A stretch of DNA of 64,000 nucleotides from Eledone cirrhosa (GCA_964016885.1 OZ024755.1:27218001-27282000), one strand, 5' to 3'. Shown: positions 1 through 42,877, numbered from the stretch's first letter. Made by a program: numbers and translations. The notes: generated from the letters alone by a model not told the origin.

Positions 1-63
1 GAAACCATTATCCTATTAGCTCTTCTATTTTTCACAATACCTTATTACTTTTGTTGCTGGTGA

Positions 64-808
64 TTAGCCCTTTAGTATCTACATTACTCTATACTAGCAG
101 AAAAACCACCTTTCGGGTGGTTTTCTGCCAGCATGTATAGTGTGTATATTGATATTATACGCAGGTATATATACATGTAGATATGATACATCAAATAAAA
201 ACGTAATTGAGAATATAAACAGAAATTGAACGAAGACTGTGTTACACTGTCTTATGTAATCAGTAACGTAATCCATGATACATTAAAAAAAGATGATATA
301 TAAAAACTGCATTAGGAGAAAATTAGTGACAGAAAATTAGTATGTTTATTTAAGCGATCGCCACCGGAAGTCTTGACATCACACACTCTCTCTTTCTATA
401 TATATGGTAGTTGAAGTGATGGTGGTGGTGGCGACCATATACTGGAAGTGCAACTTTGAAAAGAAGTCAATTTTAAATTATTTATTTTTACGAAATTTAG
501 TAGATAAATTATGTAATATTCATTCATTATTTATTCAAAGTAATCCAACTTATTTTACTAACTGGGTAAAAAAAAAAAACGTACACAGTCCCACAGACCT
601 TCCTTTATTATAGTTTAGATTTACTATTATATTTTCACAATAAAGGCTTTATCTTACACAATTATCTCGCATAATATCGAATCTACGAGATTTTGATGTT
701 ATTTATTTTGAGAACAATACCTCAATGTAGGTATGAGTGGCTGGTTACAGCCGGTTTGAACAGAAAGAGGTGAGACAGATATGGCCGGTTTAAATGCTAA
801 AGGGTTAA
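64..808 (+). mobile_element. piggyBac-type MITE interrupted by an insertion at ~92-619
   Basis: Left end ttagCCCTTTAGtATCTACATTACTCT; body resumes at ~620 and ends TGCTAAAGGGTTAA; matches uninterrupted copies at 9267, 26265 and 33839. Confidence 0.75.
92..619 (+). mobile_element. Helentron/DINE-like non-autonomous element (putative)
   Basis: Starts ACTAGCAG followed by hairpin AAAACCACC-tttcg-GGTGGTTTT; ends CTTTATTATAGTTTAGAT; splits a MITE. Family assignment rests only on resemblance of the termini. Confidence 0.5.
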
Positions 809-905
809 AATGAAAATCATAATGAAATTAATATATGTAATCTGTGTTTCTATCTCATTAATGTTTCCTTTTCCTTCTTCTTTCATATTTTATCCTTTCT
901 CTTAG

Positions 906-29886
<28,981 letters not shown>

Positions 29887-30120
29887 CACAGTGGGCATTT
29901 TATTGTTTATAAGTATCTCGCCCTTACCCACCCATGCTGCAGGACCGTCAAAGTGAAGTTTATTTTTCATGGTGTTGCTCCATCATTAATCAGCACACAC
30001 ACCCCCGTGGTCCAGTTATCTCTAACTGGTCATCCACATCGAGGGCGTTTGATGTTTTTAAAAGAAAACGTTTTGTTTTTCTTTTAATTGTTAATTTTTC
30101 TTTTTTTTTTCTTTTTTTTT

Positions 30121-30579
<459 letters not shown>

Positions 30580-30615
30580 GCATACCTCCTATGGAAGCTT
30601 CTTAGCTACCATCAG

Positions 30616-30653
<38 letters not shown>

Positions 30654-32031
30654 GTACACACACACGCATATATATATATATATGTATATATATAATTTCC
30701 AAAGCTTCCTGCTGTGGTTTGGTTTATTGTTGATGGTCAGCTTTGACTGCAGTGGGTTTTTATTTTTTGAAAAAAAAAACAAAACAAAACAAAACAAAAG
30801 GAAAGGAAACAAAACAAATGTGTCTGCCACTTTGCTTACTGCCATCAGCTAGCTGACACCACCTCCATAACTTCAACAGCTGCTAAAAAGGAGACATTTT
30901 AGACAGATGTTATAAAAATGAAACATAAAGCCATAAAAAGACAATGGTACACATACATGAATGTGTATGATATACATATCTATATATATATCTATCTCTC
31001 TTCTTCTTTCTCTATATATATATTTATATATAGATATACATATCTATATATATATATATATATATATATAGATATACATATCTATATATATATATCTATC
31101 TCTCTTATCTCTCTCTATATATATATATTTATATATAGATATACATATCTATATATATATATATATATATATCTTCTCTCTCTCTCTATAGATATATATA
31201 AAAAGACTGATACACATACATGATTGTGTGTAATATACATATCTATCTATCTATATATCTATCTCTCTTTCCTTCTCTATCTCTATATATATATTTATGT
31301 ATAGATATATAAGAATATAGAATATATGTATATATATGATCAAAAGAACTCCAGTGAAACATTAGAACAAGAAAAATGAAAAGAAAAGACGAAAAATTGA
31401 TGGATGCAGTGGGATTGACTCAAAGGTGTTGTGACTGTGCCAAATGTAAAAGAGTAAAAATCTATCTTGGATATTGTTACAGAGACTTTTAAATGGAGAA
31501 TTTCAGTTCACTTATCCACAATTCCCCACAATTCTCTCTGTTTCTCAATCTAACAATGATGATATTTTTTTTTTTAAACCTATTTTGGCCTTGACTCAAT
31601 TCTATGAGAATTTCGAGGTGTAGTTCCCTCCTTTAAAAAGTGAAACTGGGTGTAGTAAATTAAAGTAAAGTGAGGGGCTGAGATCAAATGTGTTTTAAAA
31701 AGTCAAATAAAACAAAACAAAAACTGATTTAACAACCCCCTCCTTGTCTTAGTTTCACCTCTCACAGTCATCCTTCTCTCTCTTCCTCTGTTTGAGGCTC
31801 CCATAATTTAGGCAATGTGCAATTTATCTTACCCACTCTTTAACTGCTTATTAGGTTTTGTGGTCATTATTGTTGTCGTGGTTATAAGCTTTCGATAAGT
31901 CTTTGGCATTTTTGACACCTAAATATGTATGTTTGTGTGTGTGTGTATGCATATGCACATATATGTACGTATGTGTATGTATGTATGTATTTATATGTAT
32001 ATATATGTTTGTATACATTTATATGTTTATA

Positions 32032-32091
<60 letters not shown>

Positions 32092-32129
32092 AAAAAGGAT
32101 GATTTGTTATGTCTTCATTACATTTATTG

Positions 32130-32220
32130 AGTAGTGATGCACGTTTCGCTATTGATCAGCTCAAGGTTCGATCTGTATTGATCTGGCCTGACTCTGGAAT
32201 CAAAAGCTCGTCAGACTTCT
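32130..32220 (-). ncRNA. Type I hammerhead-like motif, family 1-related (helix III decayed)
   Basis: Minus strand: agaagt CTGACGA GCTTTTGAT...ATCAATAGC GAAAC GTGC ATC actact. Confidence 0.55.
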
Positions 32221-32259
32221 GTTGTGGTAATGACTGTAACTGAATGCTACAATCCCTAA

Positions 32260-32290
<31 letters not shown>

Positions 32291-32914
32291 AAACAGAAAT
32301 AAAGCAAATGACACAGTACAATGAAGAAATATATTAGTGTAATGCTATATATATAGTAGGAAAAGAGTCTTCACGTTTTGGATATGTATGCATATGTGCA
32401 TGATATATATATATATATAAATGTATTTGTATGTGTTTTATTAAAACAGTGAGTCCAGCAAAAGATATTTTGTTTAATTCAAGAACATATCTGTAAATTA
32501 TTCAATAAGCTAATGCTGTACCTTATATAAACTTCAGTACTAATAATGTTGGTGGAGAGGGGGGGGGGGGGGGGGGTGAAAATAGGAAATGGATGAGCCT
32601 AAAGAAAAAAAGATGATAAATGTAAGAATGGGGAGATAAATGGGCAACATAATATATTGGTAGAAAAATATAGGTAAGTAAAGATAAAAATAAAAATGGG
32701 TAGAAAACTAGATAGCTGGTTAAAGTAAAGGGTAGATATATCATGATGATGAATCAAAAACAGGAACATGAATAAATATAAACTGATGAGAGATTTCCCT
32801 ATATAAACAGGAAGTAATGATGGTGAAAAAGTAGTGGGTAATTCTCTTTATCTTCTATCTATTTATATAAAGATAAAGATACTTTACCAGTGTATATTAT
32901 TATTTCTATTTATA

Positions 32915-33080
32915 GGGCAGTGAATTGGCAGTATCGGTAGAGAGTTGGACGCCATGCTTTGCAGCAAAATGATCTGAATTTAAATCCCGCCGAGGTTAAC
33001 TTTGCCTTTCATTAAAATAAAATACCAGTAATGCACTGGATAATTGCTGGCCTTGTGCCAAAAGTAGAAACAATTATTAT
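32915..33080 (+). mobile_element. SINE family A (internally deleted)
   Basis: Head and tail match family A. Confidence 0.75.
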
Positions 33081-33135
33081 TTCTATTTATATAAACTTGA
33101 TATTTATAAACATCTACCTATAGCTTTAGTTAAGC

Positions 33136-33301
33136 CAGTGGTTCCCAAAGTGGAACCCTTCAGTCAGTTCTACAAAGGAGTGTCTCGGGTTCCATGAAAA
33201 AAAAGCTAGAGGAGTATATTTATATTACGACCATATTACAGCATTAGATTTGGGGGTTCTACCAAAAAGGGTTGTGTTTGAAAAAAATTTGGCAAACCCT
33301 G
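33136..33301. mobile_element. hAT-type MITE with perfect 8-bp TSD
   Basis: AGTTAAGC flanks both sides; ends CAGTGGTTCCCAAA ... TTTGGCAAACCCTG. Confidence 0.82.
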
Positions 33302-33838
33302 AGTTAAGCTACACTTAAAATAACAACAAATGGTGTCTTGTTGAACTGTTGGAGGAACGATCTACCCCTAAAGTCCAGGTTTTGTGAGCCTCTTAAGTGG
33401 AAGTCCCTTCACTGTCGACCAGTTCAATAATCAGTCTGCAGTAAAGTCCCTTCCATCAACAGTTCGCCTTTACAAGCTTGCAACAGTGCTCTACGTACTT
33501 ACCTGTTGCACCTGTCAGTTATTCAGCCTTCTATCAATTTTTAATTTTGTTAATTTACTTTATCTCTTTTTAAAATCTTTCTCTTTGTATATTATTTCAC
33601 ATGTTCATGTTTACTTTTATCATTTTTTAAACTTGAATTTCATTGGGTTTTTTCATTCCCTATTCCTTCATCACCAATAATATTTATTAGTACCAATACA
33701 TTTTACACTGCTATTAGTTTTATAAGAAATGCTATTACCTTAGTTAGTTCCTGGCATGTTCAAGAACAAAAAAATATAAAGGAAAACTTTTGATGGATCA
33801 CTGTTTAAAAAAACATGTATATGTTCAAGTATTTATAC

Positions 33839-34030
33839 TTAACCCTTTACCATTTACATTACTCTATATATATTATTATATTTTCGTGGTAAAGGCTTTA
33901 TCTCACATGATATTAAATCTTGATATTGTATATTTTGAGAACAATACCTTAACATCAGTATAAGCGGCCGGTTACAACCGTGTGAGAGAATTCTGGCCGG
34001 ATACGACCAGTTTAAATGCTAAAGGGTTAA
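33839..34030 (+). mobile_element. piggyBac-type MITE
   Basis: TTAA ends and terminal inverted repeats. Confidence 0.82.
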
Positions 34031-34286
34031 AGTACATTATTCTAAGTTGCCTTACCATGTTCTCCCGGACAGGTAACCCCAAATTTATTTGTGTTGTGTG
34101 TGTGTATGTATGTATGTATGTATATGTATGCATGTATGTGTATAAATGTTTAGTTATATATATCTGCTCTCAGATATACATATGCATGTAGAATATTTAT
34201 GATGTGCATATGCGATTGATTCTGACATATCAATTAGGATAGAGAAAGCCATTACAAGACATTGTGATTATTATTATTCATGGATA

Positions 34287-34483
34287 GGGCGGTGGATTGG
34301 CAGTATCGGTAGCGTGTCAGACACCATGCTTTGCAGCAGAGAGTTATGGCCCTTTACATTATGAGTTCAAATCCCGCCGAGGTTAACTTTGCCTTTCATC
34401 CTTACGGGGTCGATAAAATAAAGCACTAGTAATGCACTGGGGCAATTGCTGGCCTTGTGCCAAAAGTAGAAACAATTATTATT
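34287..34483 (+). mobile_element. SINE family A
   Basis: GGCGGTGGATTGGCAGTATCGGTAG ... GTTCAAATCC ... (ATT)n. Confidence 0.88.
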
Positions 34484-35967
34484 CATGAAAAGGATTATAT
34501 TTTGTGACATTGAATTTAAAGACAGTTGGCTTGATACTGTGAGCTTGTAATAGGTAGTCCATAGTTATTTGAACTGCTAGTTCAAATAATGTCCCATAAA
34601 AGCTAGTTCAAACTTAGTTTGTTGGCTTGAAACTGCTCTACTAATAGGTATTCTAAGCAAAGATGATAGCTTGAAACTACAACCAAATATTAGCTAGTTC
34701 AAAGTTAGCTGAGATGTTTGCTTGAAACCAGAACTTAATAACAGCCTGCTCCAACTTAATTGTAATAACAAACACAAATTTAGTTGAAATAGTGTGTTGA
34801 AACTAGTTCAGAGTTACATGAGATGTTGGCTTCAAATCATATCTCATTTATAACCAGCTGAAACTTAGTTGAAATGTCTTGAAACTGTGATCCAATAGTA
34901 ACTTGTTCAAATTTAACTGTTAAAACTAAAATTAGCTAAGTTTCTCAAACAGAATGTCCTGAAAGCCCATAAAAGTGTTTCGAAATTCACTATTAGCTAC
35001 TCAAAATTGCATCCTTTCTTCTGCTTTTATTTATGTATATATATATAAAAACCATTTAAATAATATATTCTACAAAGTTTATAACAAACTACAGTTTTAT
35101 TTTGAAGAATAAATTTCCCATAGTTCATTTTACTGTTTTTAATATCTAGATTACCTTGTTATGAAAAACCTTTATGGTTTCAGTTTTTGTTATCATAAAT
35201 GACATGGTCAGCTCTTATTCTAAAAAGTATATGTTGTATAAAAGTGGATTGTTTATTTGGTTTTATCTACCTAAAACCTTGTGTTCTTTCTCTGCCTCTG
35301 TTTAAAAATGTTGTGTTTCCTCTCCTACTAACTTCAAAGCTTCTCCTAGTCTTATTTATAACAGTTACATTCTATTTTTTCAATTTAAAAATGCCCAGAT
35401 TCTATTTTATTTTCTTCTTTGACCCCTTCTTTGATAAAATCTTATTTTAAAAACTATTTCTCCCTCAGCATGATGTCTGTGTGTATCCCATAAAAATTAA
35501 AATGACAAAACTCTTGAGGGTCACCCGCAATTGAAGTTATTTAAAAAATAAGTCTGTATATGTGAAATACAAGAAGAAAAGTTACCCTGAAAACAAGACC
35601 CATATCTCTGTAAATATCAACTGGAATGAGTATATCTGTACAAAATATTTAGGATATGATATTGAGATACTTGAAAAACAAAAATGTATAACGAAAATTA
35701 AATTATGTTGCTCTCTGTATAAACAAATATGATTTCCATGATGTAAGTAAATTTCTGAATATATATATATGTGTAAATGTAATGTCTCTTCCTAGCACCT
35801 ACATACAAAGATACCCACCGCAGTGTTGTATTGATTCTGTTTATAAGATGTATCACAAAGCAACAAAGTCAAAATATGAAGATAGCCAAAACAGAATAAT
35901 ACTTCACAGAAACCATGTGCAGAGTTTGACTTCGAATTTCTCTTTATGTCATTATTATTATGCTTAA

Positions 35968-37525
35968 GGCGGTGGATTGGCAGTATCGGTAGAGGGTCGG
36001 ACGCCATGCTTTCCAGCATAGTTACGTCCCTTTACGATCTGAGTTCAAATCCCGCCGAGGTTGACTTTGCCTTTCATCCTTGCGGGGTCGATAAAATAAA
36101 GTACCAGTAATGCACTGGGTAATTGCTGGCCTTGTGCCTAAAGTAGAAACAATTATTATTATGCTTAGCGGTACATTATTGGCAGTATTGGTAGAGGGTC
36201 GGACGCCATGCTTTGACGCATAGAGTTACGGCCCTTGCCATTCTGAGTTCAAATCCCGCTGAGGTTAACTCTGCCGTTCATCCTTACGGGGTCGATAAAA
36301 TAAAGTACCAGTAATGCACTGGGATAATTGCTGGCCTTGTGCCAAAAGAAGAAACAATTATGCTTAGCGGATTGGCAGTATCAGTAGAGCATCAGACACC
36401 ATGTTTTGCAGCATAGAGTTACGGCCCTTTATGATCTGTGCTCAAATCCCACCGAGGTTAACTTTACATTTCATCGTTAGGGGGTCAATAAAATAAAGTA
36501 CCAGTAATGCACTGGAATAATTGCTGGCCTTGTGCCAAAAGAAGGAACAATTATTATTATGCTTAGCGGCATAGAGTTACGGCCCTTTACATTCTGAGTT
36601 CAAATCCCGCCGAGGTTAGCTTTGCCTTTCATCCTTACGGGGTCGATAAAATGAAGCACCAGTAATGCCACTGGGGTCGATTTAATCGACTTTCCCCTCC
36701 CCAAAAATTGCTGGCCTTGTGCCTAAAGTAGAAACAATTATTATTATTGTTATTTAAAACATGAGAAATCATTAATAATATTATTTAAGGGATAGCAGGA
36801 TTGGTAGAGTGCTGGACACAAATGCCTCGTTGTTTACATAGCCACATCTCTTTACATTCTGAGTTCAATACCTTTTAATGTCAACTTTGCCTTTCGTTCT
36901 TTCAGGGGTTGATTAACGACCTCTTAAAAAATTTGTGGCCTTGTGCCTATGTCAGAACTGAAGTCAACTTTGCCTTCCATCATTCTGGTGCAGGGAGGTT
37001 AATATATGTACCTGTCATATACTGAGGTCAATATAATTTATTACCCCCAAAGAAAATGTTACCTTTGTGGCTAAATTAGAAGCAATTTCTATTATCATTA
37101 TGATGGTGGTTTGGCAGTATCGGTAGAGTGTCAGACACCATGCTTTGCAGCATAGAATTATGGCCCTTTGCATTCTGAGTTCAAATCCCGCCGAGGTTAA
37201 CTCTGCCGTTCATCCTTACGGGGGTCGATAAAATAAAGTACCAGTAGTACACTGGGATAATTGCTGGCCTTGTGCCAAAAGTAGAAACAATTACTATAAA
37301 GATAGTGGATTGGCAGTATCGGTAGTGTCGCACAACATGCTTTATGGCATAGAGTTATGACCCTTTACGTTCGGAGTTCAAATCTCTCCGAGGTTAGCTT
37401 TCCTTTTCATCCTTACAGGGTCAATAAAATAAAGTACCAATCATGCACTGGGATCAATTTAATCGACTTTCCCCTGCTCCAAAAAATTGCTGGCCTTGTA
37501 CCTAAATTAGAAACCATTATTATTA
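35968..37525 (+). mobile_element. Head-to-tail array of ~8 family A SINE copies
   Basis: Units start at about 35968, 36167, 36367, 36567, 36789, 36960, 37104 and 37300. Confidence 0.88.
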
Positions 37526-38399
37526 ACTCTGCTGTTCTGTCTTTTGTGTCCCCATCTTAAGGTTCTCTGATGATATTTGACCCTTATTTAGCAGAAATGA
37601 ACCAAATGAAGAAGAACAGTCTCTATCTTATTTGACATGATGTATATCTACATACCTACCTGAACTGGGACTGCTACATAATATTTGATAATGAACTAAC
37701 TGATGTTCTTCACCTCATCCCACCTTTATGGTAAATGAAAGACAAAAACTCCTTTTAGAGTATGAGAAACTTGTTAACCTTTAGCACGCTGAATTTCTTT
37801 ATGAATTACTTCCCGTGACATTACATTATGTATTAAGGGAGGATTACTCTATTGGCAACATAAGGCGCGTTGAAGGTTAAGTAAATAAACTTGAGTGTCA
37901 GCTCTGTACAGTGATCCACCAAAAAATAAAAACTATCGTGTTGTATGTTTGTATGTTGTTGTATTGCTTAGAAAATTAAATACTGCTCTTTAGAAACTAC
38001 AAACTTTTAAAAGTTTGTGGCTGGTTTTAAAGAAGATGATATCTCTAGACAGTTGTGTCAAAATTATAAATAATAATAATAATAATAATAATGGTGATGT
38101 TCAAGTAATAAGGAAGCAAAAAAAAAACTAAAAAAGATGGACACACAATTGTAAACTATTGGAGATGGTCTTTTTCTGGAAGTTAGCCATTATCTTGTCA
38201 GCTGTACACTGTCTCAATTAGCCCAGATCTGGAACAAAATGAACATAATTATAAAAGCAACAAAAAAAAAACAACAGCTCTCATGGTGTAATGTAATGAG
38301 TAGTCAGATCTTGTGGTTATTAACAGTGGTGTCTTATATCGTATATAGGATATATATATATACACATATATATACAAATATATATATATATACACACAT

Positions 38400-38430
<31 letters not shown>

Positions 38431-38493
38431 CAAATATATATATATATATATAAATATATATATACACACATACACACACACATATATATATAT

Positions 38494-38536
<43 letters not shown>

Positions 38537-38543
38537 TATATAT

Positions 38544-38585
<42 letters not shown>

Positions 38586-38855
38586 GTAAAACATGTTTGT
38601 ATCATTTGTAAATAAAAGAAATAAAAAAATAAAAAATACCCCCAAAAAAACAACAAATATTACCATAGAGACTAGTTGAAATGGTGCCTTTCTTTGCATG
38701 TATTTGTGGTGATATTCTGTATAAAGATTTGATCAAATGCTGACATTTTTCCTCATTTTTTTCCCTATATATATATATATATATATAACAATTATAAATG
38801 TGAAGAGAAAATAGACAAAATATGCCTAATTTTTTCTGCAAAGTCCAACTGAACA

Positions 38856-39281
38856 GTTTCGCCAACTAGTATGCAGCCAAAGTGCAACTAAAGTAATTAT
38901 ATATTGAAAGAGCAAAGAATAACATGGTCGGCTGTACAAAAAGGGTTTATTTACAGTACTAACAATTGTTTCATTAATCAGGTGAGTCTAAAGGCCTCAG
39001 ATCACTAGAAATTACGTCACTCGGCCTTAATTACAGTGTGTGTTTCGCCAACTGGTATGCAGCCAAAGTGCAACTAAAGTAATTATATATATATATATAT
39101 ATATATTGAAAGAGCAAAGAATAACATGGTCGGCTGTACAGAAAGGGTTTATTTACAGTACTAACAATTGTTTCATTAATCAGGTGAGTCTAAAGGCCTC
39201 AGATCACTAGAAATTACGTCACTCGGCCTTAATTACAGTGTGTGTTTCGCCAACTGGTATGCAGCCAAAGTGCAACTAAAG

Positions 39282-39316
<35 letters not shown>

Positions 39317-39456
39317 AAAGAGCAAAGAATAACATGGTCGGCTGTACAGAAAGGGTTTATTTACAGTACTAACAATTGTTTCATTAATCAGGTGAGTCTA
39401 AAGGCCTCAGATCACTAGAAATTACGTCACTCGGCCTTAATTACAGTGTGTGTTTC
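38856..39456. repeat. Three tandem 186/202/208-bp units containing a Penelope-like pLTR segment
   Basis: Units differ mainly in internal (TA)n length; each has minus-strand CTGAGGC...GAAAC AATT GTT. Confidence 0.85.
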
Positions 39457-39518
39457 TGATGAAATCATCAGAATACTGAGGTTACCTTAAACGATACCTT
39501 GTTATCCTACATATATTT

Positions 39519-39920
39519 ATCAAAGGAGTTAAATTCAAGGACCGTAGCTACCAATTACAACAACTCCGCAACAAGATACGTGAGTATCCAAACACCGACA
39601 TCGTCATGCACTCTGATAAAACCAGCAATTTATAATTTGTCAACCCAGGCAGTTATCATTCCCTACTTAAGAACAGTTTGACATCCATCTACAGAAAATC
39701 CAATCCTTCTGTGATCAAGGATGCAGGGGGATGAAACATCACCTTCAACCTGAGTATCTTTGATCAAACTGAACCGATCGACCCTTGAGGACCACAAACT
39801 AGACTTCGATCGCAAACCTACCATTCAATTCATAAACCCAACTAAGATAATTAAAAGAATTCTGGATAAAATTATAGCAAAGTTAAGCAACAAGCGAGGC
39901 TCAGCCTCTGGAATAGTACT
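39519..39920 (+). mobile_element. Penelope-like element RT N-terminal remnant
   Basis: IVMHSDKTSNL*...YHSLLKNSLTSIYRK and TLEDHKLDFDRKPTIQFINPTK...KRILDKI resemble PLE DK(G/T) and TLKDHK...RLINP motifs. Confidence 0.65.
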
Positions 39921-39948
39921 GTACATATATATATATATATATATATAT

Positions 39949-40010
39949 AAGGGCGGTGCCCCAGCATGGCCTCAGCCGGATGGCTGAAACAGGTAAAAGA
40001 GTAAAATAGT
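39949..40010 (+). mobile_element. CR1-like LINE extreme 3' end
   Basis: Nearly identical to the 3' end of the element at 41198-42212; lies within (TA)n. Confidence 0.8.
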
Positions 40011-40019
40011 ATATATATA

Positions 40020-40570
40020 TGTCTCATGGTCAGGTCGTTGGCGACTAAACTGGCAACCCCACCAAGGTTTCTTGGTGAGGATGGTGACTTTGGACATCCT
40101 GCAGGACTAAAAACAAAACCTGGCAAAGGAGCTCTTAAGAGTCAATAGCCATCCAAAATCATCGGGAGAGATGACCCCTGAGCCTTTGTCAAGGCAGAAT
40201 TATAGGAGAAGGAAAACTCTGATATAACACCTGCAACCTTGATGGTATCCAATGACGTTGACTTGTTCTTCTTTTTGGTAAATATCATCTTGGTTAAGAG
40301 AGTGGGACTGGCTTTGTGCAGTGCCTTTGCTCACCATAAAAGCTTCATGGCACAGGCATTGCTTTATATCTGGAGATCTCTCTGCACTTGTCGTCACATG
40401 GTACCATGGGCCAAGCACTGTGTCAATAATTGTCACAGGTGTAGTGTTTGTACCAGAGTTTTCAAGTCGCTGGCTGGACTAAAAAGTCACACTCGTTCAG
40501 CACATCGGTAGGGGTTCTCCTACATGGATATAAAGTAGGGGCTGTACTCGAAAATGAGTTGTCAGCCACC
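40020..40570 (+). mobile_element. Probable internally deleted RTE-type element (5'UTR-like part plus C2H2 3' end)
   Basis: GGAGAAGGAAAACTCTGAT motif; CSVCTRVFKSLAGLKSHTRSAHR*. Confidence 0.4.
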
Positions 40571-40798
40571 ATATATGTATGTGTATATATGTATGTGTAT
40601 ATATGTATGTGATTATATGTATGTATATGTATAATGCGATGAAATACCAATGATGGTTGGAAAATCACTGACGAAGGACTATTTTTATCATATGTAACTC
40701 ATGTGCAAACCACGCAGTATTCTTCTTTCTTCTCATGTTTTTTATATATATATATGTATGTATGTATATACATATATGTATGTATATATACATATATG

Positions 40799-40835
<37 letters not shown>

Positions 40836-40879
40836 GTATATATATATGTATGTATATGTATGTCATATATATGTATATA

Positions 40880-41079
40880 NNNNNNNNNNNNNNNNNNNNN
40901 NNNNNNNNNNNNNNNNNNNNNNNNNNNNNNNNNNNNNNNNNNNNNNNNNNNNNNNNNNNNNNNNNNNNNNNNNNNNNNNNNNNNNNNNNNNNNNNNNNNN
41001 NNNNNNNNNNNNNNNNNNNNNNNNNNNNNNNNNNNNNNNNNNNNNNNNNNNNNNNNNNNNNNNNNNNNNNNNNNNNNNN
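40880..41079. other. Assembly gap (200 N)
   Basis: Run of N flanked by (TA)n. Confidence 1.
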
Positions 41080-41197
41080 GTATGTATATATATATGTATA
41101 TATATATGTATATATATATGTATGTATATATATATATGTATATATAATATGTATGTATATATATATGTATATATATATGTATGTATATATATATATG

Positions 41198-42212
41198 TAC
41201 TCTTTTACTCTTTTACCTGTTTCAGCCATCCGGCTGAGGCCATGCTGGGGCACCGCCCTTGTTGCTACACATTCTATCTCCAGCCTGTATAGGTTGGCCA
41301 CTGGTGTAGGAGTAAGTTTGTTGCTGCTGCCCTTAGGTTTCCTTCGTGTCTTGCTGTGGGCTCATCCGGGATCCTGGATAACAAGGTGTCGAGATGTTTC
41401 TTAAAGACATCCACCTCCACGTCATGCAAGTCTCGCAGATGCCTCGGCAGCCTGTTGAAGAGTTGAGGGCTCTTGAATCTCAGGCTATTGCAATACCTGC
41501 TCCTTATTCTAGATGTGGAAGACGGGACCTTTGGCACCACACAGTGACGTCCTGTTCGACGGTTGGTCCAGCTCCCAATGCCAAAGTTTGGTGCTAGTCC
41601 CTCCAGGATTTTCCACATGTAGATCACTGCGTATCTCTCCCGTCTTCGCTCCAAGGAGTAGAGGTTCAGTTCCTTTAGCCTCTCCCAGTAGCTTGTCTCC
41701 CTCATCTTGGCAATCCTCTTGGTGTAGCTTCGCTGGATTGCCTCAAGCTCCGTGGTTAGTTTGACACTATGGGGTGACCACAGCTGGGAGCAGTAGTCCA
41801 GGCGGCTTAGGACAAAAGTCCACCACATTGTCAACATGGTATCTCGATCTCTTGTAAGGAAAGTCCTCAAGATCCAGCCAGCGAATCGTCTACATGTTGT
41901 CGCCACCTTCATGATGTGTGAAGAAAAAGATGCATCATCGCTCATGTCTATGCCCAGGTCTCGTATCGATTTTGACACGGGGATATCGGTCCCTCCTGGT
42001 CCTGTGTAGCTGTGTTCCGCTATATTTGTGTTTGTGTTTGCAGGTTTGTATTGTAGGGCTTGGAATTTGCCAGAATTAAACTGCATGTTGTTTTCTTCCG
42101 CCCATCTGTATATGGCATCCAGATCCTGCTGTAAGAGGGCAGCGTCAGCCGGGTTTTTAATTGCCTGTGCTACCTTAGTGTCATCAGCATAGCTAGTGAG
42201 GGATGTTGTTGC
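41198..42212 (-). mobile_element. 5'-truncated CR1-like LINE with open RT C-terminal frame
   Basis: [40 protein letters not shown]; (AAAAGAGT)n tail. Confidence 0.9.
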
Positions 42213-42281
42213 ATATATGTATATATATATATATGTGTATATATATATGTATATATATATATATGTATGTATATATATATG

Positions 42282-42368
<87 letters not shown>

Positions 42369-42846
42369 GTATATATATGTATATATATGTATATATGTAT
42401 ATGTATATATGTATGTATATATATGTGTATATATGTATATATATGTGTATATATGTATATATAATGTATATATATATATGTATATATATATATATGTATA
42501 TATATATATGTATATATATATATATGTATATATATATGTATATATATATATATGTATATATATATGTATATATATATGTATATATATATATGTATATATA
42601 TGTATATATATATATGTATATATATATATGTATATATATATATGTAAATATATGTATATATATATATATGTATATATATGTATATATGTATATATATGTA
42701 TATATGTATATATATGTATATATATGTATATATATGTATATATATATATATGTATATATATATGTATATATATGTATATATATGTATATATATAAAAGTA
42801 TATATATGTATATATATATATGTATATATATGTATATATATATATG

Positions 42847-42877
<31 letters not shown>

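Noticed and set aside
32783-32835. CTGATGA followed by GAAA
   Set aside because: No helix III, UH site or helix I pairing; likely a chance match.
40663-40722. CTGACGA...CAAAC cac GCA hammerhead-like trace near (TA)n
   Set aside because: The GAAA box, cleavage triplet and helices are all defective; too weak to call.
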